Shown: positions 21,940-38,137 of the stretch, piece by piece
How the letters are laid out: each line of letters opens with the position of its first letter
Position numbering within the stretch: position 1 is the stretch's first letter
DNA from: Anthoceros angustus
Lineage: Eukaryota > Plantae > Anthocerotophyta
DNA: 64,000 nucleotides
Direction of reading: 5' to 3'
Assembly (NCBI GenBank): GCA_010909165.1
Contig: VJWM01000044.1
Coordinates: 1,364,001 to 1,428,000, forward strand
The notes under the pieces: generated by a model
Told to the model about the DNA's origin: nothing
The model's input: only the letters and a program-made list of their open reading frames with translations
Databases searched by the model: none
Program-made: the position numbers and the translations under genes

Positions 21940-24274
21940 TCACTCCCTCTTCTTATTCTTTTTCCTTCTGCTTCCCTTCCTTCCTTCCTTCCCTCCAAAG
22001 TAGCAGCAATTCCCATACCCTTGCCTGGCTTCTACCATGCTTCATTCCGGGGCAGCAGTAGGTAATTGTCATCCATGTCTTGCTTTTTTTCGTTGTTGCG
22101 GTCTTCCTCTTAATTAATTAGGAGGAAGGCAAGGCAGGCAAAGCGAAAGGCACATGGCACATGGCACATGGACTGAGCCATTTGACAAGTGGTTTGTTTT
22201 CTTCCTGTGTTGCAGAACTTGCCACTGTGGAACACTGCCGAACAAGGCAGCTAGCAGCAAGTTGAGAACTTCAAACTGAGGGAGGGCCCCATGCCCCTGG
22301 CTTGCAATTGGCGGGAGCGGAATTTCGTGCAAAACAATTTCACAAGTTTATTGCTGCACTTAACTCAATCAATGACGTGAAGCGGCTGCTCTTCTTCCAC
22401 TTCACTGAGACATGAGATTCCCAGCGAGGCTCGGACCACCTACACTTGAATACGATGTACACGCATCATCATTTATCACTCACCCACAAGGTGTCCGCCA
22501 CTTTCTCGAATGGAATAAAGCTTTCGTCTGCAGCCTTCATGTACATATACGCATTTTGTTCCACAATGTTGCACCACGTGCGAACATTCATCACACCTTT
22601 CCCTACTCACGTAGGCAACAGAACAGAATCACATATCTACGCTGCAGCCTATCGCCTGCTTCTCGTACAGAACATAACTGCCTACAAGGGAACCAAGCAG
22701 CCAATCAGTCTGCCTACCTATCCGATGCCTGACCACATTAGATTTTGAAATGTGTACATATCTAGGAATAAAGAAAAAAATCCTCTGCGACACCGGGAGT
22801 GGAAGTCGATATTCCTCGCATCAGGCTCCACCCGTGAGTCGTGACGCCGGGCCCTCCGCAAGTCTTCAGCAAACAAGAATGAGAAGCGAGACGTGATTCC
22901 CAAGCGCGTCCACCACTACAAATCACTGTTCCAGTTTACGCTCGCCCACAACTCAAGGCTGGATGATTCTGTCCGTGGCCAGGACCCGGCTGCTGCTGGA
23001 GCCCGGGCGCAGGAAAAAATATCAAGCCTTGAGGTGTGAGCAAGAGTAAAGAGAATCAGTCGCAAGAGGGCCACTGGCCGTGGACGAGAACTTCCGGGAA
23101 GCTACTCGCGCTCTGCCCTGCACAAGCTTCGATATCATGCAACACCGACGTCCTCAATCACATCCCACCTGTGTGGACATCCAATGCAGCTAACGAGGCA
23201 AGCTTAAGGTTGCAGCGACGTGAGCAACACACACAACAGCCAAGTCATACAAACGTCGTCAGGAAAACAGTCCCGTCCACACTGTTTCCCACAACTCTGC
23301 ATCACAAAAACCTCCAGCGCATTCTTCTACACAGGACGCCGCAACTTGAAGAAAACGAGGCAGCAAACACATAAAACAGCAAGCGGGTGAGGACCGGTGA
23401 CGAAACAGCAGCAATGCAGGATGGAATAACACGCAACTCCAGACACGCTCGAGGCAGGCTTGCTTGCTTGCTTGCAAGCAACAGAAAGCAGGCCCAGCAG
23501 CAAAGAACCGCACACAGCAGCAGCGAGGCTCCACGATCCAGACATGACATGATCTGGGACCCGGCTGCTTGCGATTTTATACCCGACGCGCCCAATCCAT
23601 GACAGTTTCAGAATATTCCGGCTTCAGTTGAGTCGCATTGCGCGGCCCGGCCCGGTCCCGGCCCCGGCCCCGCGGCCGCAAACGGAATACAGTGCGGCCC
23701 GAAACGGGCCGGCCCGGCCCGCCAGGCTGTGCGGGGGCCGTGCTCGTGGGCCCGATTTGCATGTGCCACTGAAACGCATAGCCCAGCAGGGCCACTCCAT
23801 GCTTATCCCATTATGGCTCTGCCATGCGGCCCGAAACGGGCCGACTGTCCCACGTCCGGAATCACGTCTTTCCTATAATGCTATAAGCACTCATATTTCC
23901 TGAGTCCTCCACTCACCCGCTCTCATCTACCCTGTCCTCGCGCCACACGTGGCCCGATCACGTACGGTGGCGATTCAAGCTCACACCTCAAGCGTGGCAC
24001 AGTGCACTGCAGTCCCTGGAGCATCCATGGCTCGTGTGCACTTCTGCACTGTGCGCCAGAGCGCAGTAGCCTCTCAGGTCTGTCATGCTGTCTGCCCTCG
24101 CCTCTGCTTCTGCTCTGATCGATGCCGCTCTTCTGTGCTCTCTGCGCTGCCGCGCATTGGTTCATGTCAGATTTTCGCCAGGCTTGCACGTTGCGCTGAT
24201 AGGATTCCGCTGTACAGATCCCGTGAAGCAGTCCTGCTGCGCTGCTGCAATTGCACGGACGCATCGGCGCCTCG

Positions 24275-25231
24275 ATGAGTGCCCGTGCTCGCCGAGCTCG
24301 GGGCGCCAAGCCGCTGCCGATCTCGCCCGGCGCGCCTCTCAGCCCTGCCTCGGCGCCTGCCGGGAAGGTACTTACCGGGAAAGTGATGGATGTCTCGGAG
24401 CTCAGGACGAGCATCCTCGCCGGGATTGAAGATATGAGAAATGAAGCCGACAACAGCCATTCTATTTTTGTAAAAGACTTGGCTGCCTCTACCGCGCGTC
24501 TTTCCAAGAAGATAAAGGTGCATGCAACTTTTGTCACTACGATTTCCTTTGTCCGTGCGTGCTATTGTATTAGCTTTCCGATTCTATGGCCTGGCCTTTC
24601 AAATCTCCTGCAGCTGGATTTGCACTCTACCTCCAAACTTGCGGAGGATGTGGATCGTGAGCAGAAGGAATTCACGGCAGATGCTATAGAGGACCTGAAT
24701 GAAATCCGGGTAAGTACTTGTCTGGATGTCCAGTCTTGCTTTGCAAGTTGCTACCAGCATGCCATGATAATCGTCAGCTGAAACATTATTCCAGTACTGA
24801 AAACTTCCACGGCTCGAGCGAACCTTCCACATTATTTATTAACATTGTGTCCTTCATAGCATGATCCAGAAGAAAGTATTCTCAAATTTGCATGCACCTG
24901 ACCACAGTCAGGCAGAGTAACCGTTTCTTTGAACACGGCCTGACACTGAGCTACGGACCTACCCGCAGGTGACCTGTGAATCGGTCCTGGCAGAAGCACA
25001 ATCGCACTGTAAGGGTCCTCTAAGCTCTCCTCCAGGCAAGCTGCCTTACAATTATTGCTCTCTGCGAAAGACTCTGCCTTTTTTATTTACACGAAATGGC
25101 CTGCCGACACTGTCGGTCAGCTCACGAGTCCTTGTTTGCATAATTCAGTCAGCAAGACGGCCCTCCCGGAGTTGCTGAAGTCACTTGAAAAGAGTATTGA
25201 GGCCTTGCGGACCAGGTATGGAGTGACCTAG
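24275..25231 (+). CDS. Small (~153 aa) conserved plant coiled-coil protein of unknown function; exons 24275-24517, 24614-24709, 24969-25008, 25149-25231
   Basis: Four exons with GT-AG introns and consistent phases. Protein includes SILAGIEDMRNEADNSHSIFVKDLAASTARL and ends SKTALPELLKSLEKSIEALRTRYGVT*. Confidence 0.75.
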
Positions 25232-25553
25232 ACCACGCCCCCTCATGAATCAGGGCTTGCACAGACACCTGCTTGGCAAGCTTTCCACCATTTGATTTTG
25301 AAGACCCATGGAGTGACACGGAGGCAGACACCTGGACCTTATGGTAAGCCAGGATTGCATGGCAAAGCCATGTATGGTTCACACTTCACCGACAACGAGC
25401 TGCATAGGCTTCCTCCTATTTTGGATTCCTTGCGATAAGGACAAAGGAACAAGAGGTTGACCAACTTAGACAGAAATGACCAGGCACAGATAACGTTGCA
25501 ACGTGCTTGCCAGAAGTATGTAGAGACTTGGAGACGTCACGACGACAGCCTGC

Positions 25554-26643
25554 TTAGAAATCCAGCCCTTGCTCACCCACCACCTCAACAACTGGCTCTT
25601 CCTGTTCCTGTGCAGGTACTACCAGCTTCTCATGCAGCCAATGCCTGAGAGTGGTGACAGCATCGTCCAGGTCGGCATCTTCGTCCACGGACTTGGGCCG
25701 ATGGGCAAACGCATGGCCTCTGCCTGTGTAGACCTTCGCCACCGACCCGGGCACAGCTTGCTCCAGCTGGCGCACAACCTCCACAGGGCACAGGGGATCA
25801 CCATCCCCCGCGATGAGCAGTAGAGGGATCCGTATCCGGGCGGCCAGGGCCGAGTCGAACCTGGTCCCGTAGAAGAAAGCGGCGGCCCCGAATCTTCCCT
25901 GCTCGTCTCTCGCCAGGGTCTCGATCAGCCGGCCCCCGCCGAAGCAGAAGCCAACAAGAGCGAGCTTGTCCGGCTTGTCGCTACCCCCGGACAGCTCCTG
26001 GTTCAGCCAGTTGGTGGCGGCGTCTATGTCCTCCTCCACCTGCTCCCGCGGGTGCAGGCTCCGCCAGTCCTCGTACTCGGACTTGTCCCGCTCTTCCGAC
26101 CAGGGCACGCCGCGGAACAGGTCCGGCAGCAGAACGTTGTAGCCGAAACACGCCAGCTCGTTCACGAACGCCCGTGTGTCGGTGTCCTGGTGTCCAAACA
26201 CATCCGAGAGCACCACCACCCCGAGCCCGTTGTTGTTCTTGAGTGCCTGCACGAAGAACGCCCCTATCCGACCGATCTTCACCTCCGACCCGCTCACCAG
26301 CTCACACTCCTCGTCCGCTTCCATATCCTGCTCCTTCTCCTCTACCTGCGCCCTGGGCCGCCACCTTCTCCTCACCTCTGCAGACCGCGCGTGCCTTCAT
26401 GAGCAAGATGCCTACACTGGCAGTGAATTAATGCACGGTGTGCCAAGAGGACATACCAGGCTGAGAGGACTCAACTTGGTGAATGTTTCTGTTTGGCCCG
26501 CTGCGGAGATGCAGTGTCGAGGTGGAGAGGGAAGAGCGGCGGCCACGGGAATATGGCCCGACCAGTGTCCCACGTGCCGCCAAGCCTCTAGGCAGAGAGG
26601 CCGGCACACAACAGTAGCTCGGGAGCTTAATCAAAGTAGCCAT
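25554..26643 (-). CDS. Dienelactone hydrolase family alpha/beta hydrolase, probably plastid-targeted; exons 26643-26457 and 26377-25554
   Basis: Nucleophile elbow GFCFGG, IAGDGDP, and GRGHAFAHRP with the catalytic His. Exon 1 resembles a Ser/Arg-rich transit peptide and is joined by a phase-1 GT-AG intron. Confidence 0.9.
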
Positions 26644-27520
26644 GGCTGCTCCAACTTGATCCCAGGACAGCCCAACTCTAGCCCCCTGTTGCAGCCAAAT
26701 CCAGCATCATTCTCCTAGACGGTGAACCGAACCTGGACGCCAGTCTTGCGCTTTCTGTTATCTCAGTGTCACTACGGGTGGCGCTGGAAGATAGGGTATC
26801 TAATTGATGACGGGGATGACCGTCTTAGACTTTCTCCACGGATTTTCTACACTACTTTTGGCATATGCACACAGTGGTACTCACTCAGAATGGACCTGGG
26901 CAAGCGGTCTGGCCGTTACCTCTGGTAAGCTGCTAAGACGGCTGTCCCCTAATCATTCTGGTTATCCTGTTGCTGCGATTTTGGCGTTGGACTGGACCCA
27001 GATGTGAAGAACAAAAGGAAATGGAGAAACAGGAGAGAAACAGAGTAGGTACCTAGGCAGAAGAAAAGTGCATACCGTCATGCACTAAGTAACTTCAACA
27101 ACTGCAATGCAAGAGTGCATCTTGCTTATCCATATGTACAATGTACTGCAGAAATGAATCGAGTAGGTAGGTAGGTAGGTAGGTAGCAATTAAACAAAAC
27201 TTCTGTTCAGAAAATGGATCATGCCAATTTCCCACCTAAAGCCACTCCCGGACCAGGCACGAGCTCCACGATGTGTGCTCTCAAAATCATTGATCACCTG
27301 GAGGAGGGATGAGAGAAAAAAAGGTAACGCCCCTCTTCGGAGCTGGAGGTTTCATGAAACCCCCAACAGAACAAAATGCAGAGTACATGCTATTAATACA
27401 GCAGGAACATGCTCTGACTCGACACAGAGGCCATGGAGGAGAACAAAGCATGGAGCCCTTTGCAGCCTACTTCTAGATTCGGCAACTTCCACAGGCTTAC
27501 CAAATTGGGGGAGTGTCAAA

Positions 27521-30500
27521 TCATACTTGCAGAGTGTCAGGGATCGCAGCAGCATTTGTATCCATGCCTGGAGGTTCAGCCGCTCCTTCTACACCCAGCC
27601 TGGGAGGGGGTGGAGAATGAAACCTCTCTAAAGCTGATGGTACAGGATTGGGAGAAAATGGTACAGGACTGCTACCTAATGGCGTCCGGTTCTTAAAGTT
27701 CCAACGATCAAAGATAATTCGGCCCCCACGACCATATCTACCATGCCAGCAGGTTGGGACTCTGGTTGAACCATTCTGCACAGGAGGGTCCAACGGGGGC
27801 TTTATCCCAGCAGCTGCTAATTTCTCTGGGTCTAAGGGTTGTGTGAACAATAATACAGGGTCCAAAGATTCCATTTTGGCCATCTGCACATTTTCACATT
27901 ACTCCCAATTTAATAACCACAGGCCGCGGGACCTGAGTCCCACATGACAACTGCTGAATGGATGCAAGACAACTTACCGATTTTGCAGGTCTGCCGCGCT
28001 GTTGAGGCAATCGCCTCCTCTTGCGCTTGCGTCTCAGCTGATCCATCGACTCTGCCATTACAGCACCATCAGTGGCAGGTGGCGACACATCAAAAGCAGT
28101 CCGCATGCGAGTGTGCCCGTTGATCTGGTCCAAGGCACCAGCTGCATTGTTGGTCCTGCTCTTGAACAAATAATCATCTGTGTGCTTCAACTTTTGGGGC
28201 AGAGGAGGCAGCATCGAATTGTTGATGATGCCATCCTCATCTTGACGAGCATCATGCTGCATACCAACCACCAACCAAACATAAATACTAGCTGGAGTAG
28301 AAATAACCACTTTGTCACTCAAAGGAACCCAAACCTTTGCTGCACCACGGATACCTACCCTTGACCTTATCTGGCCTTTTTGCAACATCACCTCACACTC
28401 CACCAGCTCTCTTTTCTTCTCCTCCCTCTGAGCCAAAATCACATGTTACACTTCAGGTCTGTACAATCAAAGAGTTACAGCTTGCAACACAGAGATTTAA
28501 AATTGAGAAAATGGCCCCTCGACTGAAAAACAACTGCCCATAAGTTTTACAATGACGTTGTCACACCTTTTGGAGCAACTGCACCAAATCCCGAGCATGC
28601 TCCAAGTTGCGCCGTACCTGGATCAACACAAAAATCTCACGTAAACTGCGACACGCCATCACTCGAAGAAAGAACTCAACAACGAACTCAGGCATACTCA
28701 AGATAAACTACCTGACGAAGTTTCTCAAAGGATTGTACATCATTCTCCCGTCTCTGCATCTGAAGTGTGGAGAGCCAGGTCAGTATAGAGAGAGCCTTGT
28801 TTTGAATGAATCATGGCAATTTTATCCTGAGCACAGTATTCATACAAGCTTTTCACCAACAAAGACTTACACGGCGAGTATGAGGCCGATGGACCTTTTC
28901 TCGTGGCCTAAATACATTGAACGGATTTGTGTCGTTCACCGGTGGGGGTGGCTGCAGTGAGCATGACGGAGGTTATGCAATTTCCCTTTTGATAGCCAAA
29001 CGAGTGATACTACAATGACCCCTCACCACACTTGTAAAGCTTTACTTTGGCACAGAACTCTGAGAGATTCGTCTGTGGAATTAATATGACAACAGACAAC
29101 AATTGGACACCACTGAGGATGACCCCAGACACATGCCCTCTGAACTCTTTGAGAGGCTTGTGATATTTCCCAACCAGTGAAACCAAGCAACTTCTATGCA
29201 TCTGAACAAAGAAACTACAAAGCCAGGCCAGAAATTAGCTCAATGAGATAGAGGTCTCACCTGTAATCGACGAAGGATGGGCTTTTGCCAACGCTCTCGC
29301 TGTTATAAGAAGGAAAGAGACGACTCTGAAGATTTAATATAATTAACAAATAAAACACCATCACAAGTACATCTACAACAAGAAACACGTCTTCCATATA
29401 TAGTACATTGCGCTTCATCAAAGGGAGGTACCTTTGCTCTCCAGTAATCATATACCGCAGCAAGAACTGCTTGTCTTGAAGTATGTGGTCGCAAGGCCTG
29501 TATAAGCCGAGACAGTTCAGTCAGCTGCTACACCTGAACATAGGAGAAGTTGTGAACCAACTTTGGTGGAAGCTCAGAAGACTTTCCCACACTGCTAATC
29601 TACTCTGTGCAAACATCCCAGATCAAAGAACTAAGCCATATCTGAGCTGCCAACTACTGATTAGCCACACCTTGGAGCCTTTTACAATACCTCAACAGCA
29701 CTCTCTTTCGGCAGTGCCACAGGAATCGGCTGGCCAGGCACTGTGGGCACTCCTGACCTTTCCCTGGATTTGTGATCCATGATCTCCATTCTGTACAACA
29801 TGCTCTCGAACCTAATAAAAAGAAAACTTTTAGGCCAGTCACTCTGTAAAAAATATCCTAGCAGATGGTCTGATAAATGTCAAACTTTCCCGTCCATAAC
29901 TCTAGCCCCTCAGCTATCTTGTTATCTGAAGAGTACAACAAACTCCCTACCTCTCAGGTGACAAGATCTTGCGTTCATTGTTGAGAAGTTGCAACCAATC
30001 CTCATCCTCGTCATCCAAATCGTACTCCACATACTCAGTTGATTCATTCCTCGCTGCATAACCAGAGGAGCATACAAGTGAGGTTCAACCATTATAAAGA
30101 GGAAAAAAAAAATTCACACATGTCTCCGATAGTTATCCACTGCCACTCGTACCTCCTCGACCTCGCAGATATGATGAAGGCTGATTAAAGGTCTGAGTGT
30201 AATCTTTCTCATAAGAATCCACAACCACATACTGAGGTGTTGGAATCTCAGAGCCCCCAGTTCTTCTTGTTGGTGTTGACAACACCTGAACAGGTCATGG
30301 TTGCGAGCAATGTGAATAAAAGTTTGGGACCGAAACAGTCACAGACCCAACGGAGGGTAACCCAAAATTTGCAGCACAAGCTATAACACACAAAGTTCAC
30401 CTCGGTATCCAATGCATTGTGCCCGTGTTGAGAAGTTCGTGACACTCCAGGACTGTCATCGCTGTCGAGGTCCTTTATAGACTTTACAATTGGCAGCTTC

Positions 30501-30544
30501 TTGTGGATGTCTAATGGGCGGGGCCTAAATGACAACCTACTCAT
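27521..30544 (-). CDS. EPC: Enhancer of Polycomb-like protein (NuA4 HAT subunit), multi-exon; 3' end uncertain (a last exon may extend to ~27190)
   Basis: MSRLSFRPRPLDIHKKLPIVKS, EIPTPQYVVVDSYEKDY, VEYDLDDEDEDWL and HGRYGRGGRIIFDRW are characteristic plant EPC motifs. Confidence 0.9.
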
Positions 30545-31671
30545 GTCCGCTCATCACCCTTTTAACCCCAACCCTACCAGCGCTCATCCCAGACAAAACC
30601 TGAGACTCTGGGTGAGTCCTATTCTAAAAAGAAAACGGAGACCTCCAGGGGACCTCCCCGGGACCTAACTTCCCTAGAAGCTCAGGAAAGAGAATCCGCT
30701 CTCTCAGAGCGAGTTCCTGCGCGTCGATTCCTTTCTGGTCCGATATGGTACCATACCATTTCCATGTTGGTAAGTAGTAGAGATGATTAGGTGCTCATTT
30801 TTTACACCAGCTCTCCTTTCCTTTTCGATCCGCCTTATAAGCGCTTCTTGAGTCCATCTTCTGCCCACTGGAAGGCTTCGATTATGCCAAAGCCAACATC
30901 CGCTTCGCCCCTTGCATTACTTGGAAGGGGGCCTTCTCTCCACGGCCCGATCGCCCGACTCTCTTGCCATTGCCTCACTTAGGGCGACTGAACCTTATCT
31001 ATTTTTTAAGGTAGTGATATTTGAAAGCCAATTCAGTTCCAGCTAAAGTACTTATCACCAAAACTAAAAGCGGATCAAAGTATTGGTAAGTGGCTTTGCA
31101 TATGGCTAAGTGAGTGACAGTTTCGGCTAGATGCCAAGGTTAACTTTACTTTGTGCTCATCTGGTGTTCTTTGGAAGTGGCATATCGAATAAAATATAAA
31201 TTTTTCTTAATTATTCCACAGCTACACTCAGAATTAAGGTAGATTAAGTCATTTCAAGGGATATTATTAACTATGACAACAAGAAGAAGACTGAAAAATA
31301 TTGATAGGATGACGACCAAGAAAACTAAACAAAAACAAGTAAGTACCCTGTCAGTTTAGTAGATAAAGTCTCATGACTTTGGAGTACTGAAACTTGCAAA
31401 ATAGATAGCGACGAAGAACAAAAAATACCATTAAGGTACTCTTAGTCCAATAAGATAAGACCTCACGAACTTGGAGTACTGAAAATGGCATCACACCTCG
31501 GGACCTTGGTGTACTAAAGCACACTCACCACAAGAAGAAAAAGCCCAAGTAACCTAACACCCCATGACAACTTAGAAACCAACATTTCAATCAAGCTAAT
31601 ATTTAGTAAGATAACTCATCAGGACTTTGAAGTACCCTCACAAGAAGAGAAAGCCCAAGTAACTCAACTCA

Positions 31672-31951
31672 GTATGACAGCTCCATAACCGACTTTGCAA
31701 TCAAGCTATATATGTGTACAACCGTTCGATTACGAGGGAAAAGGGCGATCTACGTAGAAAAAAGTATGACAGCTCCATAACCGACTTTGCAATCAAGCTA
31801 TATATGTGTACAACCGTTCGATCGATTACGAGGGAAAAGGGCGATCTACGTAGAAAAAAGTATGACAGCTCCATAACCGACTTTGCAATCAAGCTATATA
31901 TGTGTACAACCGTTCGATTACGAGGGAAAAGGGCGATCTACGTAGAAAAAA
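31672..31951. repeat. Three tandem copies of a 92-96 bp unit
   Basis: gtatgacagctccataacc...ctacgtagaaaaaa starts at 31672, 31764 and 31860. Copy 2 has a 4 bp insertion. Confidence 0.95.
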
Positions 31952-31980
31952 TCTCTTGAGCGAGTTTGACGATGTCGCGC

Positions 31981-32238
31981 TATGAAGGGGCATAGTTAGG
32001 TCACGGCTCAACATCAGTGGATGAAGCACAAGGCTTTAGAGTTTGGACAAGTCTACAAAAAACCTTAGGAAGGGGCATAGTTAGGTCACGGCTCAACGTC
32101 AGCGGATGAAGCACATGGCTTTAGAGTTTGGATAAGTCTACAAAAAAACTTATGAAGGGGCATAGTTAGGTCACGGCTCAACGTCAGTGGATGAAGCACA
32201 AGGCTTTAGAGTTTGGATAAGTCTACAAAAAAACTTAT
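31981..32238. repeat. Three tandem copies of an ~85 bp unit
   Basis: gaaggggcatagttaggtcacggctcaac...gtctacaaaaaa occurs three times with a few substitutions. Confidence 0.95.
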
Positions 32239-32489
32239 CCCGAAATATCCAGCTTAAATAAGTCCCAAAAATGGACAGAATAGTCTAAATACCAAAGCAA
32301 AGCAAAAAAAGGATTAAATACCAAAATTCTAGTCTCAAACAAGGAAAAAGCCATCTTGGTCCTCTTTAAATGTTTACAACAACTACACAATGTTGTGAAT
32401 GAAGGTTAAGGTGTCAGACAAGTATGCTTGTCTATTTATTATCAAGAAGATAATCTATCAGACAAGGCGGACAGCTGCAAATCCAAATT

Positions 32490-32700
32490 CTAATGGACCA
32501 TAGCTCTTACATACATAGCCTTAGCAATCTTATCGCTCGCTAGCTTCTTGCTTCATCTCGACCAAAAGATGTTATATATTCCTTCTATTCTCTAATATTT
32601 GTTTTGTGTATATCCCTTATCTTTTTATATTTATCTTAATATTCTAAAATTAATCTAAATATGTATGGACAAGTCCTTATGTCCGTGTCCTCCTATAATC
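32490..32700. repeat. Degenerate dispersed repeat; second copy at ~61437-61650
   Basis: tctaatgg...atagcctt...atatccctt.tct...attctaa...atat.tatggacaa.tcctt.tgtcc is shared with ~61437-61650. Confidence 0.5.
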
Positions 32701-33102
32701 CCATATGGCATACTTCCATCCATATGTGACATGACATACATAAGTCACAAGCATATACACATGCCATGCCATACCCATGGCACCATGCATCATACCAACC
32801 TAGCTACGCAGCCTTCAGCCTACCAGCTTTATTATGAACATACCTTGTTATCCATCCATGGCATGACAACGCCCAAAAAATTGGCAGCATTTTCAAGTAT
32901 GAATATTTTTACTTCACTTTATTGTATGCGAGACAAGTCTAGTACGGAAGAACTCTCACGACCCATCCATAGGACGGGATGACATGAATAGGAGGATATA
33001 GAATATTACTTAAGTATGTAGTTGAATATTTTCTAGACATAAAATAAAATAAACTATTAAAGTTAAAAAGATTCATGGTGTACTCTCAAGTAAAAATTCA
33101 TC

Positions 33103-33285
33103 GCATTTATATGGTTTGTCACTTTATGGTTTGTCATCAGCACATCCATATGGCTTGTCATCATATAGCTCGATCGTTGTAGAATGTAATGGCAGCATTT
33201 ATATGGTTTGTCACCTTATGGTTTGTCACCAGCGCATCCATATGGCTAGTCGTCATGTAACTCGATCATTGTAGAATGTAATGAC
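33103..33285. repeat. Tandem duplication, 92 bp unit
   Basis: gcatttatatggtttgtcac...tagaatgtaatg starts at 33103 and 33195. Confidence 0.85.
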
Positions 33286-33689
33286 AATATCTCTGTAGAA
33301 CTTGCTTGGTCTATTATGTGTCTATATAGATTATTATTATTTTACTTGAATATTTAATGTATTTGGGAGTTTCTCTACTTTAAGTATAATCTCAACTAGG
33401 AAAAATATTGGTTTTAAAAGATCTTAGGTAAAACCTAAGCCATTTCAATCTAGTAGACAAACCTTGATTAGTAATTTTTGCCTGCTACATCCATTAATTT
33501 GTTAAGTATAGTCCAAAGGAGAATTTTTGTTTTTTCTCAATATTATAGGATAATATTGGTTAGATGACCTTTCCCATTGATCGCATATAAGCCAAATTTC
33601 ATAAGGATCTTATTGGAGGCTAGAGAGCCTGCGGTTTGAGTATTTGTGGTTAAATCAATTGTCGCATTGAGTTAGATTATTGCACTAAG

Positions 33690-33929
33690 TTAAACTAGCT
33701 TATTGCAAAGAAAACGCAGGTATGTACTTGACGGGATTAAGTAGGTGCCTAGGTGGTTCACCCTTCTTCTATGAAAATAGAAGGGGCCAGGGGCGAGTTT
33801 CGTTATCTTCTTGCTTGGTAATTTAAACCGCATAGGTTGAGTAATGTTGGATGGGTCTTCTTCATGCAAACGAACTCTAAGTCTGCTCAAAACCTCACCC
33901 ACAAGAGAACTAACTATAGTTATTACCAA
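33690..33929 (-). mobile_element. Possible highly decayed Ty1/copia reverse transcriptase fragment
   Basis: LHEEDPSNITQPMRFKLPSK..LAPGPFY weakly resembles copia RT L.EE.YM.QP.GF...LKQAPRAWY. It sits in an AT-rich, gene-free interval. Confidence 0.25.
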
Positions 33930-34905
33930 TAGTATTATCTACTAATAGTCTCAATAAGTGGTTTACACTTATTGATAACTATTATTACTAGAACTTTAAG
34001 GTTACCGCTTATTGAGACTATTAGAAGATAATAGTTTCGATGAGTGCTATAAGGATTTTAACTTAGACATGTATTTTTGCTATGGAGGGTTTGTAGACCT
34101 TCTGTACGATAGAGCCTTAAAAGGTCTTAGCACAAGGCCTCAAGAGAAAATGTACATGAGAAGGGTTGCAGTCATAATTAACAATAGTTACAAAAACACT
34201 CAAATAAATTGAGAGATTTAACCAAAACTATAGCTCTCATACGCTTTGTGCATTCAAAGTCTACAATTGGCATACAAATCATGAGATAGTAGAAGGGAAG
34301 CTCCTCATGGAAAATCCTAACAACCTGACCCACCTTTCTCGCCTTTGGGATTATCTTGACGCAAAACCTTCATGGTCTCAGTTCTAGAATCGAAGTTATC
34401 ACCAAGTTTGAATAAACACCTTGAACTTGAGTTCTAGAATCGATGTTATCGTCAAGTTTGAATAAACAGCTTGCAAGCTTGAACACGGCAAGTGAAGCGC
34501 TATCCCACATACTATTTTGAAGACCTCAAAACGCCACGAATCCAAATTAAATTTATTTATTTTAAAATATATACATAGTAACAGACATTGAACTTTAGTG
34601 AATCCCTCGTTCAGGTTCAAGGCCATTTATTATACTATTATTCCTAGTGCCATGTGACCCGGAAGAAAGGATTTATTTTCAATTGAAATAATCAAACAAG
34701 AATACACATATGTACATATAACTAGGTCTGTATCATGGTCCAGGAAACAGCAAAGAGTAACGAACGTATGTGCGATGTTCAACCTACCTCCCACCTCGGC
34801 TTTCAGCCTTTGAGTGTGGTTTGCGGCGAGGCCCCCCTCTGCTCCCCTCTGCAATTGCAAACCCTAGTGCACCTGGACAGTGGCGCCATTATTGTGAGCA
34901 GGTCA

Positions 34906-38137
<3,232 letters not shown>

